A stretch of DNA of 64,000 nt from an uncultured Bacillales bacterium (GTDB lineage Bacteria > Bacillota_I > Bacilli_A > RF39 > UBA660), in contig CAJLIR010000001.1 in the NCBI GenBank assembly GCA_905206805.1, forward strand, positions 3,198 to 67,197, written 5' to 3'. The notes under the pieces are model-generated. The model searched no databases. It had not been told where the DNA came from and worked only from the letters and a program-made list of their open reading frames with translations. Made by a program: the position numbers and the translations under genes. Of this stretch, positions 10,594 through 20,780 are shown piece after piece (positions within the stretch are counted from its first letter, which is position 1; every line of letters begins with the position of its first letter).

Positions 10594-11025
10594 ATGAGAG
10601 AATCAAAAATTAGAATAGGTTATATAATAATTAATCCATATTGGAGGGAAGAATTAGAAAGAGGTAAAAGTCATTCAAAAACCGCGTCTGAATGGATAAA
10701 TAGGTATAATTTTCAAAATATTTTTAACACTTTATTGGAAGAAAAAAAGGTGATAGATGAAGAAGATTTTTTAATGAATTATATAGGTGCAGTAAAGTTA
10801 TGTGCTTACCGTGGTAAATTTTATTGTTATTTGCCATCAGTTGTAAATGATGATAAAGAATATATTAAGAATTATTATGAAAATTTAGGATATATTATAA
10901 TTGAAGGAAAAATTTTCGATGAGGAAAAATATAAAGAAAAAACGATTTACAATTATCCATATAATAAAACTTTAATAAAGGTAAGAAACTCATATCACCA
11001 TAATCCAATGCGTAATGGTGATTAA
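10594..11025 (+). CDS. Hypothetical protein.
   Basis: A 143-aa ORF with a GAGGTG RBS and no recognised motif. Confidence 0.35.
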   Translation: MRESKIRIGYIIINPYWREELERGKSHSKTASEWINRYNFQNIFNTLLEEKKVIDEEDFLMNYIGAVKLCAYRGKFYCYLPSVVNDDKEYIKNYYENLGYIIIEGKIFDEEKYKEKTIYNYPYNKTLIKVRNSYHHNPMRNGD

Positions 11026-11034
11026 AAGGAAGTT

Positions 11035-11391
11035 ATGGTTAATAGAGATATTGAGATTATTTTGAGTGAATTATCAAAATCAAAATTTAGAAATAGTTTT
11101 AAATTAAAAAATAAAGATATAGAATACATAAATACTAAAGGCTTTGATACTATAGAAAAACATGCATATGATTTTATAAAAAAAAGAATATCACCTAGTG
11201 TGATATTAAATGATGGCAAACAAACTCCAATGAAAGGACACCCTGTTTTTATCGCTCAACATGCTACAGCTACGTGTTGTAGAAATTGTTTATATAAGTG
11301 GCACAAAATTGAACCTGGTAGAGATTTATCTTCTGATGAGGAAAAATATATAGTAGATTTAATTATGGAATGGCTTAAAAGAAATATTTAG
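11035..11391 (+). CDS. Conserved hypothetical protein, DUF4186-like.
   Basis: The motif HATATCCRNCLYKWH resembles the conserved core I recall for the DUF4186 family. Length is 118 aa. Confidence 0.45.
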   Translation: MVNRDIEIILSELSKSKFRNSFKLKNKDIEYINTKGFDTIEKHAYDFIKKRISPSVILNDGKQTPMKGHPVFIAQHATATCCRNCLYKWHKIEPGRDLSSDEEKYIVDLIMEWLKRNI

Positions 11392-11756
11392 TCATTCCTT
11401 TTTTTATTAATTCCTATCATACTTCCAAGTGTACAACTTATTGTTAAAATAATGTAATAAATTATATTTGTAATTAAAAATTTTTGATTTAATCCTAAAT
11501 ATTTGAATAAAACTAATATTACAGTTACAATTAATCCTAATTTAATACCTTCTAACCATCCTTTTTGTTTACTATTTTTACCTATAATAATACCACCTGT
11601 AAACATTGAAGACAGTATTATTAAAATTTTAAAAATTGTAAGCAATTTTGGACCAATTATATTAAAATAATTAAGAGCTGTTACTAAGAATGTTGAAACT
11701 ATAATAATTGAAAAAATATATAATAATGATTTTAAACTTTTTTTTAAAAATTCCAT
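11388..11756 (-). CDS. Small integral membrane protein.
   Basis: A 122-aa ORF with 3-4 hydrophobic helices. An RBS GGAGG lies upstream. Confidence 0.5.
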   Translation of the reverse strand: MEFLKKSLKSLLYIFSIIIVSTFLVTALNYFNIIGPKLLTIFKILIILSSMFTGGIIIGKNSKQKGWLEGIKLGLIVTVILVLFKYLGLNQKFLITNIIYYIILTISCTLGSMIGINKKRND

Positions 11757-11828
11757 AAAATTCCTCCTAATTAAATTTATTAATTGTATAAAAAAATATT
11801 ACTTTATCATAATAAAATAGGTGATAAT

Positions 11829-12458
11829 ATGTATTTTGAAATAATTTTTAAAACAACATTACTTTATTTTATTATTATTTTGGCATATAGAATTATGGGA
11901 AAAAAGGAAGTCGGTCAATTAAGTATAATTGATTTAATTGTTAGTTTATTGATAGCTGAATTGGCAGCAATTTCAATTGAAGATACTGATCTTTCAATAT
12001 TTAGATCAATAGTACCAATTTTTGTTTTAGTTGTTATACAAGTATTATTAAGTTTTTTATCCCTAAAAAATTCTAATTTTAGAAAATCCGTTGAAGGAAG
12101 TCCCACTGTTATAATAAGAGAAGGCAAAATAAAATTTAATGAAATGACAAAATTACGTTACAGTCTTGATGATTTAATAACTCAATTAAGAGAACAAGGT
12201 ATAAAAAGCATTGAAGAGGTAAGTTATGCGGTTTTAGAAAATGATGGAAAACTTTCTGTTTTTCAAAATACAAAAGATTACCCGATGCCTATCATAATGG
12301 ATGGTGTTATTAACAATGAGGTTTTAAAAGATATGAAGAAGAATACAAATTGGGTAATGAAAATTTTAAAAGATAAAAATTTAAAACTCCAGGATATATT
12401 TTATGCATTTCATACTAAGGAAAAAACTTTTATTATAAAGAAAAGTGATTTGTTATAA
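11829..12458 (+). CDS. DUF421/YetF-family membrane protein.
   Basis: N-terminal TM segments with the conserved ...MGKKEVGQLSIIDLIVSLLIAELAA... pattern typical of the DUF421 (YetF/YdfS) family. RBS AGGTGA precedes the start. Confidence 0.7.
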   Translation: MYFEIIFKTTLLYFIIILAYRIMGKKEVGQLSIIDLIVSLLIAELAAISIEDTDLSIFRSIVPIFVLVVIQVLLSFLSLKNSNFRKSVEGSPTVIIREGKIKFNEMTKLRYSLDDLITQLREQGIKSIEEVSYAVLENDGKLSVFQNTKDYPMPIIMDGVINNEVLKDMKKNTNWVMKILKDKNLKLQDIFYAFHTKEKTFIIKKSDLL

Positions 12459-12517
12459 AAAAACTTGAAAAAAAATATTATAAATGTTATCATAATATTT
12501 AGAAAGTAGATGGTTAT

Positions 12518-12964
12518 ATGAAAAATAATAAAGGTTTTACACTTATTGAATTGATGGCTGTTATTATTTTACTAGCGGTAATAGGACTAATCGTTTTTCC
12601 GACAGCTATAGAATCAATTAATAGTTCAAAAGAAAAATTGTATAAAGAACAAGTTAAAAGAATATTGGATGCCACTGATAGTTGGGCCTCTAGTAATGAT
12701 AATTCACTTCCTACAGGAAGTAGTGCAGTTTATATCACGGTTGACACTTTACAAAAGGCAGGTTTGCTTAAAAAAGAAGATGTAAAAAATCCTTTGGATA
12801 GTAGTGAAAAAATGGATGCTAAAATTGTGATTTATTTTGATAGCGAATATAATCAATATGTTGCTGGATATTGTGATGAAGCATATAGTGAATATTATTA
12901 TACTGATTCTGAATTTAATTCTATAAAAGCAAAGTGTGATATTGCAGAAAAAATATCTGATTAA
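12518..12964 (+). CDS. Type IV prepilin-like protein (ComGC-like competence pseudopilin).
   Basis: Prepilin leader and N-methylation motif MKNNKG|FTLIELM, followed by a hydrophobic helix. Confidence 0.75.
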   Translation: MKNNKGFTLIELMAVIILLAVIGLIVFPTAIESINSSKEKLYKEQVKRILDATDSWASSNDNSLPTGSSAVYITVDTLQKAGLLKKEDVKNPLDSSEKMDAKIVIYFDSEYNQYVAGYCDEAYSEYYYTDSEFNSIKAKCDIAEKISD

Positions 12965-14256
12965 TTTTTCAGATATTTTTTTGTGTAATAAATGTGATGA
13001 AGCGTTATATAAATTGTTCCTAAACTTGTTGCGATAATAAGACCCCATAATCCAATTCTTAAATTTAAGAAAATTATAAGAGCACCTGTCTTAATTATAA
13101 TTCCTATAAGTGTTCCCATCATAGCGCATTTTGCTTTATTCATAGCTTGTAAACTGCTTGTAAGTGGGGACTGGATATAATGTAAAATAAATATTGGAGC
13201 TAAAACTCTTATATAAGTAATTCCCTCACTTGTATTATAAATTGTTTTAAGTAAAAATTCTGGAAAAATCATAAAAACAATTGTTGCTGGAATTCCAATA
13301 ATTAGCGAGAAAAAAATTGCTTGACGAATTTTCTTTTTTGTATAATTTAATTCATTATTACAATATGAATTACTTACTACAGGTAAGAGTGCTTGTGAAA
13401 TAGCTAATGTGAAAAAAGATGGTAACATGAGTAGTGGCATAACATAACCATTTATAATTCCATATTCAGTTACAATAAAATTATTTGTATAACCGATTTT
13501 TAGTAAGATATTTGTAACAATAATTGGCTCAAAAAAGTAAGCAATATTACCTAAAATTCTACTTCCTGTAGATGGAATACTTATATTAAATATATTTTTA
13601 ATATTTTGTTTATTTGGAATAATATCTTCTTTTTTTAAACTAAAATTTTTAGGTAAAAATATAAATAATACAATTATTGATGTTATTTCACTTAATATAT
13701 TTGATAGTACAATAAAACTAATTGCGCTATAAATTCCTTTTTGTATAAAAATAGGAATTCCAAGTAGCAGTGTAATAAGTCTTATAATGTCTTCTGTTAT
13801 ATTAGAAACAACGTGTGGTAACATTTTTTGTTTGCCAAAAAAATAGCTTCTTAAAATACTTGAAATACTAATAAAAGGTAAAACAAGTCCTACACATAAT
13901 AATGGTGTTTTTAAATTTGGATCTTTTAGTAAATTTGTAGATAAAAATCCACTAAAAAATAGTAAAAATATAATTATGATTATATTTATTATAATAGAGA
14001 CAGGTAGTATAGAAAAAACTATATTTTTATTATTACCTTTGTCTTCTGCAACTAATTTACTGATAGCTACTGGAAAACCTAATTGAGCAATTGTTATAAG
14101 TAGCATAAATGTTGGTGAAATCATCATGTAAAGTCCAATTCCTTCAGTTCCTATTAAACGAGTCATTACTATCTTTATAAGCATACCTAATATTTTTGTT
14201 ATAAATCCTCCGATTATTAAAATTATAGTTGATTTAACAAATTTGCTTTTTTTCAT
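12961..14256 (-). CDS. spoVB: MOP/MurJ-Wzx superfamily flippase, stage V sporulation protein B-like.
   Basis: A 431-aa polytopic protein. Its synteny with comN and secDF matches the B. subtilis spoVB–yrzD(comN)–secDF arrangement. Confidence 0.65.
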   Translation of the reverse strand: MKKSKFVKSTIILIIGGFITKILGMLIKIVMTRLIGTEGIGLYMMISPTFMLLITIAQLGFPVAISKLVAEDKGNNKNIVFSILPVSIIINIIIIIFLLFFSGFLSTNLLKDPNLKTPLLCVGLVLPFISISSILRSYFFGKQKMLPHVVSNITEDIIRLITLLLGIPIFIQKGIYSAISFIVLSNILSEITSIIVLFIFLPKNFSLKKEDIIPNKQNIKNIFNISIPSTGSRILGNIAYFFEPIIVTNILLKIGYTNNFIVTEYGIINGYVMPLLMLPSFFTLAISQALLPVVSNSYCNNELNYTKKKIRQAIFFSLIIGIPATIVFMIFPEFLLKTIYNTSEGITYIRVLAPIFILHYIQSPLTSSLQAMNKAKCAMMGTLIGIIIKTGALIIFLNLRIGLWGLIIATSLGTIYITLHHIYYTKKYLKN

Positions 14257-14337
14257 AAATTCTCCTTTAAAAATAGATATTTTTAATATATAATATATTA
14301 TGTAAGTATTTTAAAAATTATTTATTGGAGGGTAGTT

Positions 14338-14646
14338 ATGCAAGAAAATAATAGCGATATTGTCTTTAATTCACTTCAAGAATTATATTTGAGAATAAAA
14401 CCTGCTCTTTATGCTAGAAAATGTGAAATGATAAGAAATGGTTATAGTTATATAACAGAGGAAGATATTTGGAACTATTTTAAAGAAAGTAAATGGAAAA
14501 ATTCAAATAATTTGAGTTTACATGAAATGGTAAGTGATGTATTTAATTGTGATGAAGTTTTGATTGATGCTTACTTAAAAGAAAAATTAAATCAAAAAAA
14601 TCGCAATTTATATTTTAATAGTGAGGATGATGTACATGAAGAATAA
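14338..14646 (+). CDS. comN: Post-transcriptional regulator ComN (YrzD)-like.
   Basis: A 102-aa protein located between spoVB and secDF as in B. subtilis. Conserved ...EEDIWNYFKESKWK...LHEMVSDVF... pattern. Confidence 0.6.
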   Translation: MQENNSDIVFNSLQELYLRIKPALYARKCEMIRNGYSYITEEDIWNYFKESKWKNSNNLSLHEMVSDVFNCDEVLIDAYLKEKLNQKNRNLYFNSEDDVHEE

Positions 14647-16936
14647 GTTTATTAAAAATCTAATATTTATCATTATTTCTTTGTTTTTAGTATGTTTTAT
14701 TTCAATTAGTTTGTTTAAAGATATGAAATTTGGACTTGATCTTCAAGGTGGTTTTGAAATTCTTTACCAAGTTAAGAGTATTGACGGAGAAGAAGTAACA
14801 AGTGACATGGTAAAAAGTACTTACAAAACACTTTTAAGAAGAATTGATGGACTAGGCGTATCTGAACCAGAACTTTCAATTGAAGGTGACAGAATTAGAG
14901 TAAAATTAGCTGGTGTTTATGATCAAGATAGCGCTATTTCAATGCTTAATCGTGCCGCTTCTTTAACTTTTAGAGATACTAGTGATAATTTACTTATGAC
15001 AAGTGATGTTTTAAAAAGTGGTGGCGCTAAAGTTAGTCAAGACCAATACGGAAATTATGTTGTAGGTCTTAGTATAGCTGATAAAGAAAAATTTTATAAA
15101 GTTACTAAGAGTGTAAGTGAAATGACAGATAATAGAATAGTAATTTGGCTTGATTTTGATGAAGCAACAGATAAATATGCAAATTATCAAACTACTTGTG
15201 GAAAAGTAGATAGTAAAGATGCTATCGCAAGTATTAAATGTTTATCTAGTGCTACTGTTAGTGAAGGCTTTGCAGATGACGTTATAATTCAAGGCAATTT
15301 TGAAAAAGAAGAAGTTGAAAATTTAGTTGATTTAATTAACTCAGGAAGTTTAACAACAAAATTAGAAGAGATTTCTTCTCAAGTTGTAACAGCTTCATTT
15401 GGTGAAGATTCTCTTACAAAAACAATTACTGCTGGTGTAATTGGTATTGCTTTAATTTTTGTTTTAATGATAGCTATTTACCGTTTTTCAGGATTTGTAG
15501 CAAGTGTTGGAATGATGATTTATACTTGTGTTACATTATTTGTATTTTGGTTAATTGGTGGGGTTTTAACTTTACCTGGTATTGCTGCTATGATTATAGG
15601 AATAGGTATGGCAATTGATGCTAATGTAATTAATTTTTCAAGAATTAAGGATGAATTATATGAAGGTACAAAATTACAAATGGCTTATAAAAATGGTAAT
15701 AAAAATTCATTTATGTCAATTTTTGACTCAAATGTAACAACTCTTTTAGTTGCAATAATTTTATTTATTTTTGGTGAAAGTAGTGTTAAAGGATTCGCAA
15801 CTATGTTAATAATAAGTACACTTGTAACGATGGTTATAATGGTATTTTTAACAAGATGGTTGTTAGGACTATTTGTAAAAACAGGATATTTCGATAATAA
15901 ACTTACAAGTTTTATTGGGGTTAAAAAGAGTGATATACCAAGTCTTGAAAAAGGCGAAAAAAGAACAAAACAGAATTTCTCTAATGTTGATTTTGTTGGA
16001 AAACATCGTATGATAATAATATTTACTGTTATTTTTATGACCGTTAGTGTTATATCTCTTTGCGTAAATAAATTAAATTTAGGAATTGATTTTAAGGGAG
16101 GATCTTCTATAACTTTAGTAAGTGACGAGAAAATAAAAGAATCCGACTTAGAAGATGATATTAAATCACTTAATTATGATTTAAGTAATATCGAATATTT
16201 AGCTGATAATAGTATTGTTATCACAATTAGTGATGAATTAAGTGATCAAAGTGAAAGCAATAATGAAAAAGAGATTGTAAAATCATATTTTAAAGATAAA
16301 TATGATGCTGAGGTATCTATTGGTGTTGTTACAAATGTTGTAAAACAAGAATTAGTTAAAAATGCCTTTATTTCACTTACAATTGCGATTATTGGTATTG
16401 TTATTTACGTATCATTAAGATTTAGTTTTAGTTACGCTGTTGGTGGAATTCTTGCTTTAATATGGGATGCATTCTTTATAGTTGCTTTATTCAGTATTTT
16501 GAAACTTGAGGTAAGTAGTATATTTATTGCTGCAATATTATCAATTATTGGTTATTCTATAAATGACACAATTGTTACATTTGATAGGGTAAGAGAAAAT
16601 ATTAATAAAATGTATAAAGGAAAAATTAATACAAAAGATGATTTAAAATCTGTTATTAATTTAAGTTTAGCTCAAACTTTATTAAGAAGTTTAATTACAA
16701 CATTTACTACATTAATTCCAGTTGTATGCTTAGTTTTATTTGGCTCTGGCGAGATATTTAATTTCAACATTGCGTTATTATTTGGTTTAGTATCTGGCGT
16801 ATATTCTTCAATCTTTATTGCAACTCAGGTTTTCTATTTTTTAGAAAAGAAAAATATTGGTAAACCTGCAAAGAAAAAATGGTATGAAGATGATAATGAT
16901 GTATCAGAAAAAAAGATAAAGGGAATTAATTGCTAA
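14636..16936 (+). CDS. secDF: Protein translocase subunit SecDF (fused).
   Basis: About 765 aa with a SecD periplasmic domain and 12 TM helices, including the LTLPGIAAMIIGIGMAIDANVI and ...GYSINDTIV... motifs. Likely ATG start at 14636 with an RBS GAGGATGA. Confidence 0.9.
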   Translation: MKNKFIKNLIFIIISLFLVCFISISLFKDMKFGLDLQGGFEILYQVKSIDGEEVTSDMVKSTYKTLLRRIDGLGVSEPELSIEGDRIRVKLAGVYDQDSAISMLNRAASLTFRDTSDNLLMTSDVLKSGGAKVSQDQYGNYVVGLSIADKEKFYKVTKSVSEMTDNRIVIWLDFDEATDKYANYQTTCGKVDSKDAIASIKCLSSATVSEGFADDVIIQGNFEKEEVENLVDLINSGSLTTKLEEISSQVVTASFGEDSLTKTITAGVIGIALIFVLMIAIYRFSGFVASVGMMIYTCVTLFVFWLIGGVLTLPGIAAMIIGIGMAIDANVINFSRIKDELYEGTKLQMAYKNGNKNSFMSIFDSNVTTLLVAIILFIFGESSVKGFATMLIISTLVTMVIMVFLTRWLLGLFVKTGYFDNKLTSFIGVKKSDIPSLEKGEKRTKQNFSNVDFVGKHRMIIIFTVIFMTVSVISLCVNKLNLGIDFKGGSSITLVSDEKIKESDLEDDIKSLNYDLSNIEYLADNSIVITISDELSDQSESNNEKEIVKSYFKDKYDAEVSIGVVTNVVKQELVKNAFISLTIAIIGIVIYVSLRFSFSYAVGGILALIWDAFFIVALFSILKLEVSSIFIAAILSIIGYSINDTIVTFDRVRENINKMYKGKINTKDDLKSVINLSLAQTLLRSLITTFTTLIPVVCLVLFGSGEIFNFNIALLFGLVSGVYSSIFIATQVFYFLEKKNIGKPAKKKWYEDDNDVSEKKIKGINC

Positions 16937-16937
16937 A

Positions 16938-17222
16938 ATGATTAATAAAAATTTAAAAAATTTTGATAGACAAATGATAGAAAATTCATTATTATGGTCA
17001 ATTACATATAATGATTTAATAGAAAAAGCAAAGCTAGAATATTTATATAAAAAAATTGTAGTAAGTAAATTAAATAAAAAAAGGATAGATATTTATTGTG
17101 AACTAAAAAAATTAGATTTGTTAAATTATGTATTAAATACCCAAAATCTAAAGGAAAGTATTCAAGAAAACAACATTAATAATATAAATAAACTTAAAAT
17201 TAAATTGAAAAAGTATTTATAA
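16938..17222 (+). CDS. Lys-rich hypothetical protein.
   Basis: A 94-aa ORF between secDF and relA with no recognised motifs. Confidence 0.3.
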   Translation: MINKNLKNFDRQMIENSLLWSITYNDLIEKAKLEYLYKKIVVSKLNKKRIDIYCELKKLDLLNYVLNTQNLKESIQENNINNINKLKIKLKKYL

Positions 17223-17277
17223 ATAATAGACAAAGTTTATCTTTGTCTATTATCCATAACTTTAGGAAGGTGGTTAT

Positions 17278-19452
17278 ATGACAAAGAAAAATTTCTCATT
17301 AACAATAGATGATATTATTGGAGCAGTTAGTGATTATATAACTGATAGTAAAGAAATAGAAAAAATCAAAGATGCTTATAACTATGCTGCTCTAAAACAT
17401 TTTGGTCAAAAAAGATTAACAGGTGAAGAATATATTGAACATCCTTTAAATGTTGCATATATTTTGACGGATATAAATGCAGACTATCAAACAATTTGCG
17501 CAGCGCTTTTGCATGATGTAATCGAAGACTGCAATGTATCCGAAGAAGAATTTAAAGAACATTTTGGTGAAGAAATTTTTACACTTGTTGATGGTGTTAC
17601 AAAAATTAATAAATTAAATTTTTCTGGAGATACAGAGGTAATGATTGCTAATCATAGAAAAATTTTGGTAGGTCTTTCTAAAGATGTTAGAGTTATTATA
17701 ATAAAACTAGCCGATAGACTTCATAATATGCGTACTCTTTGGGTTCATAGTGAGGCAAAACAAAAGGAAAAAGCCAAGGAAACTTTGGATATTTTAACAC
17801 CTATTGCCCACAGACTTGGTATGTTTAAAATTAAAAGTGAATTAGAAGATTTGTCACTACGTTATTATAAACCAGATGTATATTTTTCAATTGTAGAAAA
17901 ACTAAATCAAACTAAAGTTGAACGAGATTCAATTGTAGAAGCTATGGTAAAAAAAGTTTCTGAACTTTTAGATAGTCAAAATATTAAATATGAAATTAAA
18001 GGTAGATCAAAAAGTATTTATAGTATATATAAGAAACTTGATAAGGGTAAAAAGTTTAGCGATATATATGATTTATTAGCACTTAGAGTTTTAGTTGATA
18101 ATGTAAGTGAATGTTATCAAGCATTAGGTTTAATTCATTCAATATATCATCCACTACCAAAAAGATTTAAAGATTATATTGCGATGCCAAAAACAAATAT
18201 GTATCAATCACTTCATACAACTGTAATTGGGCTTGATGGATATTTTTTTGAAATTCAAATTCGTACTCACGAAATGGATAGAATTGCTGAAAAAGGTATT
18301 GCGGCACATTGGTCATATAAAGAAAAAGGCAGTAATGTATCTGCAAGTATGCAGAATACCATGGAACAAAAATTACAATTTTTCAGATCAATTATCGAAC
18401 TTAGAGATGAAGAAGAAAGTGACAAACAATTTGTTGATTCAGTAAAAGAAGAAGTTTTTAATCATACAATTTACGTTTTCACACCAGGTGGTGATGTTAT
18501 TGAATTACCTAACGGTTCAACTCCTATAGATTTTGCGTACAGAATACATTCTGATGTAGGAGATAAAATGGTAGGAGCTTTAGTAAATGGTAATATTGTT
18601 CCAATTGATTATAAGCTTCAAAGTAATGATGTTGTAAAAATTAATACAAATAAAAATTCGCCTGGTCCAAGTAGAGAATGGTTAAATATCGTTTATACTA
18701 CTCAAGCTAGAAATAAAATTAGAGCATTTTTCAATAAAATTGATAAAAATGATTATTTAAAAAAAGGACAAGAAATAATTACTAAAGAATTAAGAAAAAG
18801 AAAAATTAGTGTTAATGATTTCTATAGTCAAGAAAATATTGATAAGATATTAAATGAATTCAAATTAGAAAATGCTGATGATATGCATATATCACTTGGA
18901 AATAATAAAATTGCGATTGGTCAAATTATGAATTATTTATATAATGATTCAATAACTAAGCAAGAAATTATTTTAAAGAAGGCACAAAATAACACAAACA
19001 CAAAAAATAAAATAAATAAAAATGATGTCGTTGTTGAAGGTATAGATGATATTAAAGTAAATATAGCCTCATGTTGTGCTCCAATTCCTGGTGATAAAAT
19101 TGTTGGATATATTACAAAAGGATATGGTATTAATATTCATAGAACCAATTGTCCAAATGTTTTTGAATTTAATGAAAGATTAATTGATGTTCATTGGAAT
19201 TTTGAAATTCAAAACAAATATTCAACTAATATTCTTATTAGTGCTGATCAAGATACTGATATTTTACTTAACATCATATCTAAAACATCTAATGAAGATA
19301 TTAAAGTACAAAGTATAAACTCATTAAATTCTAAGGAATATTTTATGTATGAAATCAAAATATTGGTTCCTGATACTGAAAAATTAGAAAATTTTATGAA
19401 TGAAATTAGAACTATTCCACATATCATTAAAGTAGAAAGAAGTATTAAATAA
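17278..19452 (+). CDS. relA: Bifunctional (p)ppGpp synthetase/hydrolase of the RelA/SpoT family.
   Basis: 724 aa. N-terminal HD hydrolase motifs (HPLNVA...LLHDVIED), synthetase motifs (DLLALRVLV, YQSLHTTV), and TGS/ACT C-terminal domains. Confidence 0.95.
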   Translation: MTKKNFSLTIDDIIGAVSDYITDSKEIEKIKDAYNYAALKHFGQKRLTGEEYIEHPLNVAYILTDINADYQTICAALLHDVIEDCNVSEEEFKEHFGEEIFTLVDGVTKINKLNFSGDTEVMIANHRKILVGLSKDVRVIIIKLADRLHNMRTLWVHSEAKQKEKAKETLDILTPIAHRLGMFKIKSELEDLSLRYYKPDVYFSIVEKLNQTKVERDSIVEAMVKKVSELLDSQNIKYEIKGRSKSIYSIYKKLDKGKKFSDIYDLLALRVLVDNVSECYQALGLIHSIYHPLPKRFKDYIAMPKTNMYQSLHTTVIGLDGYFFEIQIRTHEMDRIAEKGIAAHWSYKEKGSNVSASMQNTMEQKLQFFRSIIELRDEEESDKQFVDSVKEEVFNHTIYVFTPGGDVIELPNGSTPIDFAYRIHSDVGDKMVGALVNGNIVPIDYKLQSNDVVKINTNKNSPGPSREWLNIVYTTQARNKIRAFFNKIDKNDYLKKGQEIITKELRKRKISVNDFYSQENIDKILNEFKLENADDMHISLGNNKIAIGQIMNYLYNDSITKQEIILKKAQNNTNTKNKINKNDVVVEGIDDIKVNIASCCAPIPGDKIVGYITKGYGINIHRTNCPNVFEFNERLIDVHWNFEIQNKYSTNILISADQDTDILLNIISKTSNEDIKVQSINSLNSKEYFMYEIKILVPDTEKLENFMNEIRTIPHIIKVERSIK

Positions 19453-19475
19453 TTAAGAGAGTAGGTAATGTATTT

Positions 19476-20525
19476 GTGAAAAACAAGTTAAATTATCGGT
19501 TAATAAATCTTGCTTTAATATGTGTAATAATATATTTGGTATATAAATGCAGAAATTTATGGTTAATTATATTTAAAACAATTTACAAAATATTGTTACC
19601 ATTTATTTCTGCTTTTTTTATATCATATATAATTTATCCATTTTTAAATTATTTAAAATCAAAAAAAATTCCTTTACCACTTGGAATAATTATAATAATT
19701 ATTATAGCGTTAGGAATTATAGTAATTACATTTTCCTTAATTTTTCCTTCATTATTTGATCAAATTGTTTCGTTAATTAATTATATAATTACATTTATAA
19801 ATAGAATTTCTATAAAATATAATATTGATTTATTAGATTTTGAAAAATATTTATATGAAATTATAAAATATTTAGGAAAATATATTTCTAGTAGCGCTGT
19901 TTTAGTTATAAATAGTGTTATAGGATATATAACTCAAACATTTGTAGTTTCAACATTAAGTATTTATTTTTTAATAGATATGGAAAAAATAAGAAAAATA
20001 TTGAAAAGATTATTAAAAAATAATTATAGAAATTTTGAATGTGTAAAAATAATAGATTCTGAATTAAGAAAATATTTTATCGCTTTCTTCAAAATTATTA
20101 TTATATCTTTTTTTGAATATAGTTTATGTTATATAGCTATTGGTCATCCAAACGCAATTATTTTAGGTGTTTTAGCTGCACTATTAGGGATTATTCCATA
20201 TTTTGGTGGTATAATAACAAATATTATAGCTTTAGTAACGTCATTTACAATTGGAATACCACTTTTTATAAAAACTTTAGTAGTACTTATTATTCTTTCT
20301 ATTATTGATGGATATGTAATAAATCCTTATGTTTATGGTAAAAGTAATAAAATTCATCCACTTATAATTATTTTTTCCTGTATATGGGGTAATATATTAG
20401 GCGGAATACTAGGTATGTTTTTATCACTTCCTTTAACAATAATAATTGTGACAATTATAAAATATTATAGAGAAAATATATATGGATTTAAAAATAAAAT
20501 AAAAAGTATTTATATAAAATATTGA
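19476..20525 (+). CDS. AI-2E family transporter (PerM/UPF0118).
   Basis: A 349-aa polytopic protein with the conserved ...FLIDMEKIRK... and ...PYFGGIITNII... regions. GTG start. Confidence 0.7.
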   Translation: MKNKLNYRLINLALICVIIYLVYKCRNLWLIIFKTIYKILLPFISAFFISYIIYPFLNYLKSKKIPLPLGIIIIIIIALGIIVITFSLIFPSLFDQIVSLINYIITFINRISIKYNIDLLDFEKYLYEIIKYLGKYISSSAVLVINSVIGYITQTFVVSTLSIYFLIDMEKIRKILKRLLKNNYRNFECVKIIDSELRKYFIAFFKIIIISFFEYSLCYIAIGHPNAIILGVLAALLGIIPYFGGIITNIIALVTSFTIGIPLFIKTLVVLIILSIIDGYVINPYVYGKSNKIHPLIIIFSCIWGNILGGILGMFLSLPLTIIIVTIIKYYRENIYGFKNKIKSIYIKY

Positions 20526-20550
20526 CTATTATTGTTTTTTTTCGTATAAT
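20522..20550 (+). promoter_or_regulatory. Sigma-A type promoter for the hisS leader.
   Basis: TTGACT (20522-20527), a 17-nt spacer, then TATAAT (20545-20550). Confidence 0.6.
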
Positions 20551-20559
20551 TTAAGTATA

Positions 20560-20770
20560 TTAATTATTGATTTAGAGGAGTAATAATATTTATTTTTAAG
20601 AGAAAATACGGTTGGTGAAAGTATTTAAATCAAATATTATGAAAGACACTAATGTTAGATAATCGTTTTCTGCGTTAAAGAATGAGTGTATAGTTATCTA
20701 TAAAATAAGGTGGTACCGCGATAATTCGTCCTTATATTTTATGGATTTTTTTTATTAAATTTTAAAAAGG
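20560..20770 (+). ncRNA. T-box riboswitch leader of the hisS-aspS operon.
   Basis: Conserved T-box sequence AAGGTGGTACCGCG at about 20706-20720. Upstream AGAGA/GGTGA stem I elements are present. A candidate specifier region reads GAAAGACACU. Confidence 0.8.
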
Positions 20771-20780
20771 AGTATAGTTT

